From positions 1-35,658 of the IMG/VR virus record IMGVR_UViG_3300034072_001378: 35,658 nucleotides of DNA, one strand, 5' to 3'. Made by a program: the position numbers and the translations under genes. Below are positions 1 through 8,776 of the stretch, piece by piece; the stretch's first letter is position 1, and every line of letters begins with the position of its first letter. The DNA comes from a virus. The notes beneath the pieces were generated by a model. It worked only from the letters and a program-made list of their open reading frames with translations. It was not told the origin of the DNA and searched no databases.

Positions 1-86
1 GGAATCACTATAAAATTAAGACTGTGGAGTCAGTATTAGACTTTTATTTTCAATAAAAGCATTTGTCTAAGAAGCAGTAAAGATAT

Positions 87-105
87 AGAACCTATAGGTT
101 CTTTT
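87..105 (+). terminator. Possible intrinsic terminator (16-bp palindrome AGAACC-TATA-GGTTCT plus short T run)
   Basis: Perfect palindrome at 87-102 followed by TTT, downstream of a probable gene end (TAA at 54-56). Confidence 0.4.
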
Positions 106-125
106 ATATAAACTTATACTTTATT

Positions 126-383
126 ATGCAATTTTATATTTGTTATATAAGTTTATATTTATCTAGTATTATAGGAAATTACGAGTATGGCGCTATAAGC
201 AAGTCAGATAGTACCAAATTGGCTTTAGGATTTAAAACATTAGAAGAAGCTCAATATCATGCTGAAAATATGAATAAAGAATTAGAAAATTTTGATGAAA
301 GTAAATGGAATATGTTATTTTGGAAACAAAAACCTGAAGAATGGGTTGTTATTAACAGACAAAATGAAATTATAAGGGGTTGA
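126..383 (+). CDS. Hypothetical protein
   Basis: 85-aa ORF whose stop abuts the gp46 ATG; start uncertain. Confidence 0.55.
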   Translation: MQFYICYISLYLSSIIGNYEYGAISKSDSTKLALGFKTLEEAQYHAENMNKELENFDESKWNMLFWKQKPEEWVVINRQNEIIRG

Positions 384-2603
384 ATGAATTTAAAGAAAAT
401 TAAAATACAGAATTTTAAAAAGATAGGGTCTGAAGTAACATTTGAAATCAAACCTGGATTAAATCTTATAAGAAGTGAAATTAATGGAACTGGTAAAACA
501 ACATTATTAAGCGCAATAACATTTTTGCTTTGGAATAAAAATGGTGATACTAAGGGAAGTAGCAAATCAACTTTAAGCACCAGCGAACTTATAAATGATA
601 TAAACAAAAAAGAACTTCTTGTTGAAGGTTATTTTGATAATGGTTATATTGTAAGAAGAGGTTTAAAACCAAATATATTTGAAATTCTAGATGAAAATGG
701 GAATAATCTTGCAGATAGAAGTTCAAAAACTATAGATCAAAATTTTTTAGAAACTGAATTATTAGGTTATAATTATGAAACATTTATGAGTACAATTTTC
801 TTAAATTCTAAACCAAATAGTATACCATTCATTTATATGAGTAACACGCAAAGAAAAGAATATATAGAAAAAATTTTAGATTTAAGAGTTATACATCATT
901 TAAATGAAAGTTTAAAAGGTAAAATATCAAATAATAAATCAGAAATTCAAAATTGCACAAAAGCACTTGAATGGAATAAAGAAAATTTAATTTCTTTAAC
1001 TTCTGAATTAGAAAGACAAAAAACTGTTCAGGAAAACCAAAAATTAGAAATTGAACGGTTTTTAATTAATAAAGAAAACCAAATTCAAAATAATTTAAAA
1101 TCTATAAATGATCTAAATCAAAAAATTGCAGAAATTGGAACTAAAAACATTACTCTACAAGATAATTTCAAAAGTGGTGCATTCACAAATAAAATAAATG
1201 AAAATATTAATTCAATTAATTATGAAATAGAACAAATAAATAATAATAATCAATATCAATTAGATGTTCAAGAGTTTGAAAATACTAAATTCTCATTATT
1301 AAAAGAAATTGAAGAGATTAAAAAATCTTTAAAAGGTGATAATGACACATTAGAGTCATTAAAATTAAATTTAAACACACATGAAACAGAATTAAAAGAA
1401 AAAGATGAAGAAGCTTTAAGTAATGCACTGCTTCTAATTAAAAATAAAATACAAGAATTAAAAAATGAATTATTAAGAAAAGAAACAGAAAAGAATATTC
1501 ATTTTAAAAATAAAGATAATTATGTTGTTTGTGGCGAATGCCCAACATTAAGTAAAATAATTGGTTCATTTGATATAGAAGAATATAATGAAAATACTTC
1601 TAAAAATAATTCTCTTATAGAACAATTAAAAGAAAAATACTCAGAAATTGAATCTAGAATTGAAGAATTTAATATTTTAAAAAATAAAATTAACGATATT
1701 AAGAATGAAATTTCAAAATTAAATGCAGAAATTAGTACTAAACAAAATTTAATAACTAAAAAAGAGTCTGATATTAATAATATTGTTTATAAAATAAAAG
1801 AATTTGAATTATCTAAACAACAAAAAATCACAGATAAAGAAAATATAATTATTAATCTTAAAAAGGATATTGAAAATATAAAAGAAAAAATAGATATTGC
1901 TATTGAGAACAACAATAAAGAAATTGCAGATAAAGAAAATCAAATTCAAAATATAAAAATAAATATAGAAAATATAAAATCTCAAAACCCTCCGGCATTA
2001 ATTGAAATAAATGAACAACCAGTAAAAGATTGTGAAAACAAAATTATTGAATTACAGAAAGAATATGATGAATTAAATATACAAAAAGTTGAATTAGAGG
2101 ATTTAAAAGATAGTATTAATAGTAAAAATATTAAGGAACAGGCGTTAAAATCATATATTCCGTTATTTGAAGATAAAGTAAATTTATTAATTAGTAGATT
2201 CACTGAAGATGATATGTTCACAATAAAAGCTAAACTAACAGATGATTTTGATATAGAATTTACTAAAAACGGGAAACCATTAAATATGTTTAGTTTAAGT
2301 GAAGGTCAAAAAGCAAGTATAACATTTGCATTCACATTCGCGTTTCAGTTTTTACTTGATACTAAAAATCAAATAAAAGAAAGTACATTATTTATTGATG
2401 AAATTTTGGATATTGCTTTAAGTTCAGGTAGATTAAATACAATAATTGAATATCTAAAAGAAGTTAGTTCAAATAAAACAGGAAATAAGAGTATTTACAT
2501 AATTTCACATAACCCTAATTTACAACTTGAACTTTTTGATAATATTATTAATGTAAGTATAGAAAATGGATTTAGTAAATATGAATTTAACGGGAGTAAA
2601 TAA
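384..2603 (+). CDS. gp46: Recombination endonuclease ATPase subunit, T4 gp46 / Rad50-SbcC-like
   Basis: Walker A NGTGKTT, long coiled coil with central CGEC hook, ABC signature LSEGQKA, Walker B LFIDEILD, H-loop ISHN. Confidence 0.95.
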   Translation: MNLKKIKIQNFKKIGSEVTFEIKPGLNLIRSEINGTGKTTLLSAITFLLWNKNGDTKGSSKSTLSTSELINDINKKELLVEGYFDNGYIVRRGLKPNIFEILDENGNNLADRSSKTIDQNFLETELLGYNYETFMSTIFLNSKPNSIPFIYMSNTQRKEYIEKILDLRVIHHLNESLKGKISNNKSEIQNCTKALEWNKENLISLTSELERQKTVQENQKLEIERFLINKENQIQNNLKSINDLNQKIAEIGTKNITLQDNFKSGAFTNKINENINSINYEIEQINNNNQYQLDVQEFENTKFSLLKEIEEIKKSLKGDNDTLESLKLNLNTHETELKEKDEEALSNALLLIKNKIQELKNELLRKETEKNIHFKNKDNYVVCGECPTLSKIIGSFDIEEYNENTSKNNSLIEQLKEKYSEIESRIEEFNILKNKINDIKNEISKLNAEISTKQNLITKKESDINNIVYKIKEFELSKQQKITDKENIIINLKKDIENIKEKIDIAIENNNKEIADKENQIQNIKINIENIKSQNPPALIEINEQPVKDCENKIIELQKEYDELNIQKVELEDLKDSINSKNIKEQALKSYIPLFEDKVNLLISRFTEDDMFTIKAKLTDDFDIEFTKNGKPLNMFSLSEGQKASITFAFTFAFQFLLDTKNQIKESTLFIDEILDIALSSGRLNTIIEYLKEVSSNKTGNKSIYIISHNPNLQLELFDNIINVSIENGFSKYEFNGSK

Positions 2604-3709
2604 TGTCAGATAACATAGATAGCACAAATAAAATAGTAATAATTGGAGATGTACACTTTGATGTCGCAAATGGAAATCAAACTGTTCTTGAGAATCAATT
2701 AGATTTCTTTAAAAAGCAAGTATTTCCATATATGAAAGAGCATAATCTAAAAACAATCATCCAATTAGGTGATTTAATGGATAATAGAAATAAAGTTTCT
2801 GTGAATGTTCTACATTATCTTAAAAAAGATTTCTTTGATGTTCTAAAAAATGAAGGAATAACTCTTTACACATTAATAGGTAACCATGATATATATCATA
2901 AAACAACAAGGGAAATTCATAGTTTAGAATTATTTGATGAATTATATGATAATTTTAAAGTAATAAACACAATTCAAATATTGGAAATTAATAATAAAAA
3001 ACTATTAATTGTTCCTTGGGTTCTACCTGATGAGGAACACAATTTTAAAGACTATTTAGATGTTGATTATATATTTGGTCATTTTGAAACAAATGGTGTT
3101 GAAATGGTAAAGAATATAAGTTGTAATACAAACCATGCTTTTAATATGGATTCGTTTAATGGTGTGCAAACATTTAGTGGGCATTTTCACTTAAGAAGAT
3201 ATTACAATGAATCAAATATTTTTTATGTTGGTACTCCAAGTCAAATAAATTGGAGCGATTATAATGAAGCTAAAGGTTTTCACGTTTTAGATATACAAAC
3301 AGGTGATTTAGAATTTATTGAGAATATAATAAGTTCAAAACACATAAAAATAATTTTAAATTCAGAAAATAAAACTATGGAAATTATAGGATTTAAGAAT
3401 AATTTAAAATTTAAAATTGATTCTAAATTAGATTATAGTATTTTTAATAATCATAAAGCAAAAATATATATTGATAAAGATAATGTTTTCAATAAAAATA
3501 TTATTGAAAAATTAGATGTTGAACTACAATCATACCGAATTGAACTTATAGAAAAAGAAAGTGAATTGGAAATAGATAAAATTCAAGAAAATACAACAGA
3601 AGTTAATTTTGATGTTGTTCAAGCAATAAAATCAAGTATTAAAACAGATTATCAAAAACAAGTGTTTAATGATATTTATAATGATGCACTTTTAAATTTA
3701 AAAGATTAA
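2603..3709 (+). CDS. gp47: Recombination endonuclease nuclease subunit, T4 gp47 / Mre11-SbcD-like
   Basis: Phosphoesterase motifs GDVH, GDLMDNR, GNHD, GHFE, SGHFH, YVGTP; coupled to gp46 by a TAATG overlap. Confidence 0.95.
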   Translation: MSDNIDSTNKIVIIGDVHFDVANGNQTVLENQLDFFKKQVFPYMKEHNLKTIIQLGDLMDNRNKVSVNVLHYLKKDFFDVLKNEGITLYTLIGNHDIYHKTTREIHSLELFDELYDNFKVINTIQILEINNKKLLIVPWVLPDEEHNFKDYLDVDYIFGHFETNGVEMVKNISCNTNHAFNMDSFNGVQTFSGHFHLRRYYNESNIFYVGTPSQINWSDYNEAKGFHVLDIQTGDLEFIENIISSKHIKIILNSENKTMEIIGFKNNLKFKIDSKLDYSIFNNHKAKIYIDKDNVFNKNIIEKLDVELQSYRIELIEKESELEIDKIQENTTEVNFDVVQAIKSSIKTDYQKQVFNDIYNDALLNLKD

Positions 3710-3738
3710 TTTAACTTTAATATTCTTTTGTATATAAT
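3707..3738 (+). promoter_or_regulatory. Early sigma70-type promoter repeat, copy 1 of 14
   Basis: TAATTTAACTTTAATATTCTTTTGTATATAAT; -10 TATAAT at 3733-3738; RBS and ATG at 3766. Confidence 0.85.
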
Positions 3739-3765
3739 TATATTATATAAATTAAGGGATATAAA

Positions 3766-4008
3766 ATGAGAAAAACATATTTAGAAATTGGATTAAACCA
3801 ATTTATGTTAACAACTGAAGTAATCACAAAATTAAATAGAAAGAAAATGCTTGGTAAAGAAATTACTCGCGATTTAATAACTAAAACAGTCGTTGAATTG
3901 AAAAAAGATATTTCTGAAGATTACGGTGAAGAGATAACTTTTGCTGGATTTCATACTATATTAACTCAAGCAGAAGATCATTTTAAAATAATGGGAGATT
4001 TAAAATGA
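3766..4008 (+). CDS. Hypothetical protein
   Basis: ORF with AAGGGA RBS directly after the promoter. Confidence 0.8.
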   Translation: MRKTYLEIGLNQFMLTTEVITKLNRKKMLGKEITRDLITKTVVELKKDISEDYGEEITFAGFHTILTQAEDHFKIMGDLK

Positions 4009-4166
4009 TTGTAACTCATAATAATATTAAACAATGGGTAAATAGTGTTAATTCTTGTAAAGAAATTAAATTTAATTTCATAGCATCACAATCTGATAAA
4101 ATTAAAAAAGGAACTTATGATAAAAGTTTCTTTAGAGGGAAAACTAAAAATAAAGGTAAAAAATGA
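4005..4166 (+). CDS. Small hypothetical protein (53 aa, MIVTHNNIKQW...RGKTKNKGKK)
   Basis: Not in the ORF track; GGGAG RBS and ATGA overlaps at both ends. Confidence 0.65.
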   Translation: MIVTHNNIKQWVNSVNSCKEIKFNFIASQSDKIKKGTYDKSFFRGKTKNKGKK

Positions 4167-4828
4167 AATTTGAAGTAACAGAAGAAATATTTGAATATTT
4201 TAAAGATAAAGCTATAACAGGTAAAGAAATTAAAAAATATATACCAAATTATATGGATTATGCTGAATCAGAAACTATTTTATGTGATGATATTTATAGA
4301 GATGATATATCAAATAAATTAAATACTTTATTATGTGAAGAAAGAAAAATTTTTAAACCTCAATCTTTATGTAATGAAATATATGATATTTTCTGTAATG
4401 CAGATAAATCAGTAGAAACACAAAATTTTAGTATTGTTTTAGATTACGATGGGTTTGATGTTTGGACAGTTAAAGAAAAGGAAATTAGAGAATCAGAATC
4501 TAAAGTTCTAGATAAAATCAGAGTGGAAATTAATGATTTTAAAACAAAAAGAAAAAATCAATTAAAAGTATCACAAGAATTACTAGAAATTGCTAAAAAC
4601 GACACTTTAATGGAAGAACTACTCAAAATAAGAAAAGAACTTAAAAATGAAAAATAAAGACATAACTAGTACTAAAGTGTGTACATTATATGAGGGTCTT
4701 ACATATGAAGAGTTAAAAGAAGTTATTAAAGAATTTGCTAATTTTAAATCGGTGAATTCTGATATTGAAACAAAAAAGATTAAAAAAGGAACTTATGATA
4801 AAAGTTTCTTTAGAGGGAAAACTAAAAA
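4101..4828 (+). repeat. 50-bp perfect direct repeat (4101-4150 and 4779-4828)
   Basis: ATTAAAAAAGGAACTTATGATAAAAGTTTCTTTAGAGGGAAAACTAAAAA present twice. Confidence 0.95.
4163..4657 (+). CDS. Hypothetical protein
   Basis: 164-aa ORF, AAGGT RBS, coupled to neighbours. Confidence 0.8.
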   Translation: MKFEVTEEIFEYFKDKAITGKEIKKYIPNYMDYAESETILCDDIYRDDISNKLNTLLCEERKIFKPQSLCNEIYDIFCNADKSVETQNFSIVLDYDGFDVWTVKEKEIRESESKVLDKIRVEINDFKTKRKNQLKVSQELLEIAKNDTLMEELLKIRKELKNEK

Positions 4829-4832
4829 ATGA
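4647..4832 (+). CDS. Hypothetical protein sharing its C-terminus with 4005..4166
   Basis: 61-aa ORF ending KIKKGTYDKSFFRGKTKK. Confidence 0.7.
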   Translation: MKNKDITSTKVCTLYEGLTYEELKEVIKEFANFKSVNSDIETKKIKKGTYDKSFFRGKTKK

Positions 4833-5122
4833 AAAAATCAAATCTTATAGATAATAAATACTATTTTGTTATAAATAAACATTATAATGTTATGAAATTT
4901 GCTGGAGCTGTATTAAAATACACAAACGTCGATTGTGATAATGTTTATGATAATTTTGAAGATGCTAGAAATAAATTATTGCAAAATTTAAATGAATATG
5001 TTTTAAAAGAAACGGATATCGAAAACAAAAATATTGCTTTATATAACATTAATCAGTTGAAAGAAAAAATTTTAGATCCAGAAAATCTAGCTATTTTTAA
5101 ATTATTTAAGGAGCAAAAATGA
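4829..5122 (+). CDS. Hypothetical protein
   Basis: 97-aa ORF with ATGA overlaps. Confidence 0.75.
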   Translation: MKKSNLIDNKYYFVINKHYNVMKFAGAVLKYTNVDCDNVYDNFEDARNKLLQNLNEYVLKETDIENKNIALYNINQLKEKILDPENLAIFKLFKEQK

Positions 5123-5573
5123 GATTATATACATTTGGAAATTACTACTTGAGTAGTATTCAACAAGGAATTCAAGCTGGACACGCAGCAGTGGAACTTT
5201 TTAATAAATATGAGAATTCAGAACAATTAAATACTGTAAAAGAATGGGCAAAAATCATAAAACAATGGTTTGTTTAAGTGGTGGTAATAATGCAGCTTTA
5301 AAAGAAATAAGAGATTTATTTAAAAATGAAACAAATTCATATCCGTGGTCTAGTTTCTACGAAGATGAACAATCATTATCTGGAATTTTGACTTCAATTG
5401 CAATAGTATTACCTGATTCAATTTACGATACTGCTTCAAAACTAAGAAGCAAAGAATTACAAATAGTTGATAATAACATTGTAGTAGATAAAGAAGATTT
5501 ATATTATGGTGAATTGACAGATTTTCAAGTAAATTTAATTCAAAAATTAAACTCTTGTGGGTTAGCAAAATGA
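5119..5573 (+). pseudogene. PTH2-like peptidyl-tRNA hydrolase family protein split by a -1 frameshift at A5 (5250-5254)
   Basis: AAGGAG RBS and ATG 5119 give MRLYTFGNYYLSSIQQGIQAGHAAVEL...EWAK. The -1 frame continues NHKTMVCLSGG...FYEDEQSLSGILTSIAIV, completing a PTH2-type pattern (QxxHA, W..K.vvL, FxE, T.ia). Confidence 0.7.
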
Positions 5574-5653
5574 TATTTACACAATGTAAGTGCTGTGGAA
5601 AGCAGTTCATTGAACCAAGCTCAGAAGAATTATGTATATTTTGCATAAAATGA
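5570..5653 (+). CDS. 27-aa Cys-rich micro-protein (MIFTQCKCCGKQF...LCIFCIK)
   Basis: ATGA overlap with the upstream stop; CxxC...CxxC zinc-finger pattern. Confidence 0.5.
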   Translation: MIFTQCKCCGKQFIEPSSEELCIFCIK

Positions 5654-5671
5654 ATTTGATAAAGGACAAAT

Positions 5672-6067
5672 ATGAGTAAAATAATTAGAAATATTATTAA
5701 AACACCAGATGGAACAATTTTGGAAAGTAAACATGTTCACGATTATGTTTCACATGTAGATGCAAATGGAGAATTATATATAAATGATGGTGGTAAAGAA
5801 TATATTAGAAGAAGTTCAAATATAGAACCATATGAAGATTTAAGCATTTACGATACTGATATAATTGAAAAAATTAGAGAAAATTTTCTATGGGGAACTT
5901 ATGGAAAAAAAGGAAATGAACCTCTGCATTATAAAACATTAAACGATATGAGTAACTCACATATTGAAAATATTTTAAATGATAATATAAATCCAAAAGG
6001 TACTTTAGATATTTTAAAAAGAGAATTGGTATATAGAAAAGAAAATAATATCTTAATTGAAGATTAA
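5672..6067 (+). CDS. Conserved phage protein (TPDGTILESKHVHDY...DGGxEYIRR family)
   Basis: AAGGA RBS; motif typical of a widespread uncharacterised phage family. Confidence 0.8.
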   Translation: MSKIIRNIIKTPDGTILESKHVHDYVSHVDANGELYINDGGKEYIRRSSNIEPYEDLSIYDTDIIEKIRENFLWGTYGKKGNEPLHYKTLNDMSNSHIENILNDNINPKGTLDILKRELVYRKENNILIED

Positions 6068-6096
6068 TTTAGCTTTAAGTGCTCTTGATATATAAT
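6065..6096 (+). promoter_or_regulatory. Early promoter repeat, copy 2
   Basis: TAATTTAGCTTTAAGTGCTCTTGATATATAAT. Confidence 0.8.
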
Positions 6097-6123
6097 ACTA
6101 CTATTAAAACAAAAGGAATAAAA

Positions 6124-6300
6124 ATGAAATCAAATGCTAATGAAGAAAATGACAAAATACAAAGAGCTGGAATATCTGCACTTTATAAAGAAACTAAGGC
6201 TAAAAAGAGTAAGCAAGAGTTGTTAAAAGATGATGAAATTAAACAAAAAACATTGGATTTTATTTTTGGAAAATCAGAAGAAAACCCGTTACAAAAATAA
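6124..6300 (+). CDS. Hypothetical protein (start revised from 6079)
   Basis: AAAGGA RBS before ATG 6124, downstream of the promoter. Confidence 0.7.
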   Translation: MKSNANEENDKIQRAGISALYKETKAKKSKQELLKDDEIKQKTLDFIFGKSEENPLQK

Positions 6301-6311
6301 TTAAAAAAATT

Positions 6312-6346
6312 AAAAAGCTAGATACTTAATTGTATCTAGCTTTTTT
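6312..6346. terminator. Bidirectional intrinsic terminator hairpin (GCTAGATA family, copy 1)
   Basis: AAAAAGCTAGATAC-TTAATT-GTATCTAGCTTTTT, 14-bp stem. Confidence 0.85.
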
Positions 6347-6364
6347 AGTATAGAAAGCATTTAA

Positions 6365-6517
6365 AATTTAAAATTTATTTTGAACTTAAATATGCACATA
6401 TTTTTATATAGAATTATTCAAATTTAAAAGAAAAATTTAACTTAAATGTTTAAGTTAAAAATAAATTTTAAATTTCAAGAGAAGTTAAAGATTTTAAAAT
6501 ATATTTTGAACTTAAAT
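6365..6517. repeat. Cluster of four 27-bp boxes: 6365-6391(-), 6421-6447(-), 6448-6474(+), 6491-6517(-)
   Basis: Each resembles ATTTAAGTT(C/A)AAA...TTTAAAWT or its reverse complement; 6365-6447 aligns with 33701-33782 including the TATATAGAA.TATTCA spacer. Confidence 0.85.
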
Positions 6518-6533
6518 GTAAAATAATTTGCTT

Positions 6534-6565
6534 TAATTAAGCTTTAAACAAAAATTGTATATAAT
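6534..6565 (+). promoter_or_regulatory. Early promoter repeat, copy 3
   Basis: TAATTAAGCTTTAAACAAAAATTGTATATAAT. Confidence 0.8.
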
Positions 6566-6597
6566 TATTTAATTTAAAAATACAAAAGGACTAAATT

Positions 6598-7062
6598 ATG
6601 AAATACACATCAACACAAATTGCAGAATTTGCTAAAATGGGATATCAAATTGATGAAAATGGGAATCTTACAAAAGAAACAAGAATTCAAAAAATTATGA
6701 GAACAAGTGCAGCTGCTAACACAATTAGAACAATTGAATTGGCAGAAACAACAGTTAAAATAACAAAAGAAATTGATAGAAAATCACCTGTTTCTTCAGT
6801 AAAATTAAATTTCAGAGTTCAAGAAGATTGGTTAGACCCAGAAAGATTAGCAAGAGGATTAGTAACAGCAAAACAAAAGGGTGTTGATTATTCATTACTG
6901 CCAGATGGAACAAAAGTATGTAGATGTTGTCAAGAAAGAACTTCAAAAGATAATTTTTATAAAGCTGCATCAACTAAAGATGGTTTAAGAACTATTTGTA
7001 AATCTTGTAACAATAAACAAAGTAAAACATATATCTCTGATGTTAAGAAAAAGGCTGCATAA
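6598..7062 (+). CDS. Zinc-finger protein (C-terminal KVCRCC...FYK...KDGLRTICKSC), probable DNA-binding protein
   Basis: CxxC-x21-CxxC finger of the type found N-terminally on phage HNH/EndoVII nucleases; no HNH catalytic motif visible. Confidence 0.7.
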   Translation: MKYTSTQIAEFAKMGYQIDENGNLTKETRIQKIMRTSAAANTIRTIELAETTVKITKEIDRKSPVSSVKLNFRVQEDWLDPERLARGLVTAKQKGVDYSLLPDGTKVCRCCQERTSKDNFYKAASTKDGLRTICKSCNNKQSKTYISDVKKKAA

Positions 7063-7063
7063 A

Positions 7064-7090
7064 ATTTAAGTTAAAAAAATCTTTTAAATT
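7064..7090 (+). repeat. 27-bp box immediately after the zinc-finger gene stop
   Basis: ATTTAAGTTAAAAAAATCTTTTAAATT. Confidence 0.75.
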
Positions 7091-7104
7091 GTTAAAGGAA
7101 TAAA

Positions 7105-7419
7105 ATGAACGCAAAAGAAAAAATTGAGCAATATTTAGACTCAAACGGTTGGAAAAATACACCATCCGAAGCATTAGAATTTAAAAATAGATTAATTAAA
7201 ATGTATTTAGATGAATATAATCACAACATAGAGATGAATAAAAGATTAAAAGATATTAAGTCTCTTAAATACAAATTCACATTTTTTAATTCACATGAAA
7301 ATGAACTAAAATTAAATGAGCTTAAAAATTTAGAAACAGAAGATGAAATATTAGAATTTAGTATAGATTCAGCTAATTCAATTATTTCAAGTTTCTTTAA
7401 ATCTGAAATAAAGGCTTAA
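7105..7419 (+). CDS. Hypothetical protein
   Basis: 104-aa ORF, AAAGGA RBS. Confidence 0.8.
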   Translation: MNAKEKIEQYLDSNGWKNTPSEALEFKNRLIKMYLDEYNHNIEMNKRLKDIKSLKYKFTFFNSHENELKLNELKNLETEDEILEFSIDSANSIISSFFKSEIKA

Positions 7420-7420
7420 A

Positions 7421-7858
7421 ATGTATATACTGCCAAATTTTAAATTAAGTCAACATATTATAGAAAATAGAAACACAAGTAAATTATCTAGAATAGAATA
7501 TATTAATGATAGCAATATTAAATATATTATAAAAGAAGCATTTAAAGAAGGATTAACGTCTTTTAGAAATAAGGGTTTATTTGTTATTTCAATTAAATTG
7601 GAAAACAGTAAAAATTATTACAACTTTTTATGTAATCTAAAAGATAATGAATTAGTATTTATAACTTGTGTAGTAAATCAAAAATTTTGGAAATCATTTA
7701 AAAGAGTTCCAAATAGAATAAATTTATTAAAAACTTTTTTACCTAGATTAAATGATGTTCAGAAAACAAAACTTAAAAAAGAACGAATAATGAATAAACT
7801 AGAAAAAGAATTAATTAATGAAGATAAATTATTTTTAAATGCAATGAATTTAAAATGA
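7421..7858 (+). CDS. Hypothetical basic protein
   Basis: 145-aa ORF, AAGG RBS. Confidence 0.75.
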   Translation: MYILPNFKLSQHIIENRNTSKLSRIEYINDSNIKYIIKEAFKEGLTSFRNKGLFVISIKLENSKNYYNFLCNLKDNELVFITCVVNQKFWKSFKRVPNRINLLKTFLPRLNDVQKTKLKKERIMNKLEKELINEDKLFLNAMNLK

Positions 7859-7860
7859 AT

Positions 7861-7892
7861 TAATTTATCTTTAATATTCTTTAGTATATAAT
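7861..7892 (+). promoter_or_regulatory. Early promoter repeat, copy 4
   Basis: TAATTTATCTTTAATATTCTTTAGTATATAAT. Confidence 0.85.
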
Positions 7893-7914
7893 ATTATTAA
7901 AATAAAGGAATAAA

Positions 7915-8766
7915 ATGACAACAGTATATACAATATTTGAACAATTAAGATTAAAATTCAAAGAATATTATTTTAGAAATGGATTACAAAATAAAAACAT
8001 CAAAAATCCAATCGAAATGACTGAAATTGAATTACTTGCTTTTTGCGAACTTCATAAATTACATGATGAGTATATTTCAATTTCTAATGAAGTAGCAAAA
8101 AATTATTATATTTTAGAAAGTAAACTTGAATTAAATGTAAATAAAATTCCAGAAGATGTAAAATATATTATGAACAAATTATGGAATTTTAGTACAGAAG
8201 TCTATTTAGTTGGAGGATGTGTTAGAGATTTATTACTAGATAAAACACCAAAGGATTTTGATATTGTCACAGATATTTCTTATGATGAAATGACAAAGAT
8301 TTTTTCAGGTTCGGAATTTAAAATTAAAGAAACAGGGAAGCAATTCTTAGTATTTAATCTTAACTATAATGGGAATGATTATGAGATTGCTAACTTTAGA
8401 AAAGATGGTTATTCTAGTGACGGTAGAAGACCAGATGAAGTAAGTATCGGAACAATTCAAGAAGATGCAGCTAGACGAGATTTTACAATTAATAGTATCT
8501 ATTATAATATAAATGGTGTTAAAGCAAACTACCAAAGTATTTTAGATATATTAAATAAAAAAATTAGATTTGTTGGTAATCCAGAAGATAGATTAAAAGA
8601 AGATTATCTAAGAGGCTGGAGATTTTTAAGATTTGCTAATACTTTTAAAAATAAAGGGTTTACAGTTGATGAAAAATCAATGAAAGCAATTAGAAGAAAC
8701 TGGGATAATATTTACAATGCTAGTAACCCAACAAGGGTTATGTTAGAACTTGAAAAAATAATTTAA
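7915..8766 (+). CDS. cca: tRNA nucleotidyltransferase (class II CCA-adding enzyme)
   Basis: VGGCVRD, DFD catalytic pair, DGRRP loop, RRDFTINS, EDYLR templating motif, RFLRF. Confidence 0.9.
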   Translation: MTTVYTIFEQLRLKFKEYYFRNGLQNKNIKNPIEMTEIELLAFCELHKLHDEYISISNEVAKNYYILESKLELNVNKIPEDVKYIMNKLWNFSTEVYLVGGCVRDLLLDKTPKDFDIVTDISYDEMTKIFSGSEFKIKETGKQFLVFNLNYNGNDYEIANFRKDGYSSDGRRPDEVSIGTIQEDAARRDFTINSIYYNINGVKANYQSILDILNKKIRFVGNPEDRLKEDYLRGWRFLRFANTFKNKGFTVDEKSMKAIRRNWDNIYNASNPTRVMLELEKII

Positions 8767-8776
8767 AGGATTATTA

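Noticed and set aside
6365-6517. Box clusters (also 33634-33782) as a mini CRISPR array
   Set aside because: The repeats are in mixed orientations, spacing is irregular, the spacer is conserved between loci rather than unique, and no cas genes are present.
6598-7062. Homing endonuclease call for the zinc-finger ORF
   Set aside because: Only the Cys finger is present; no HNH, EndoVII or GIY-YIG catalytic motif is visible and the ORF ends shortly after the finger.
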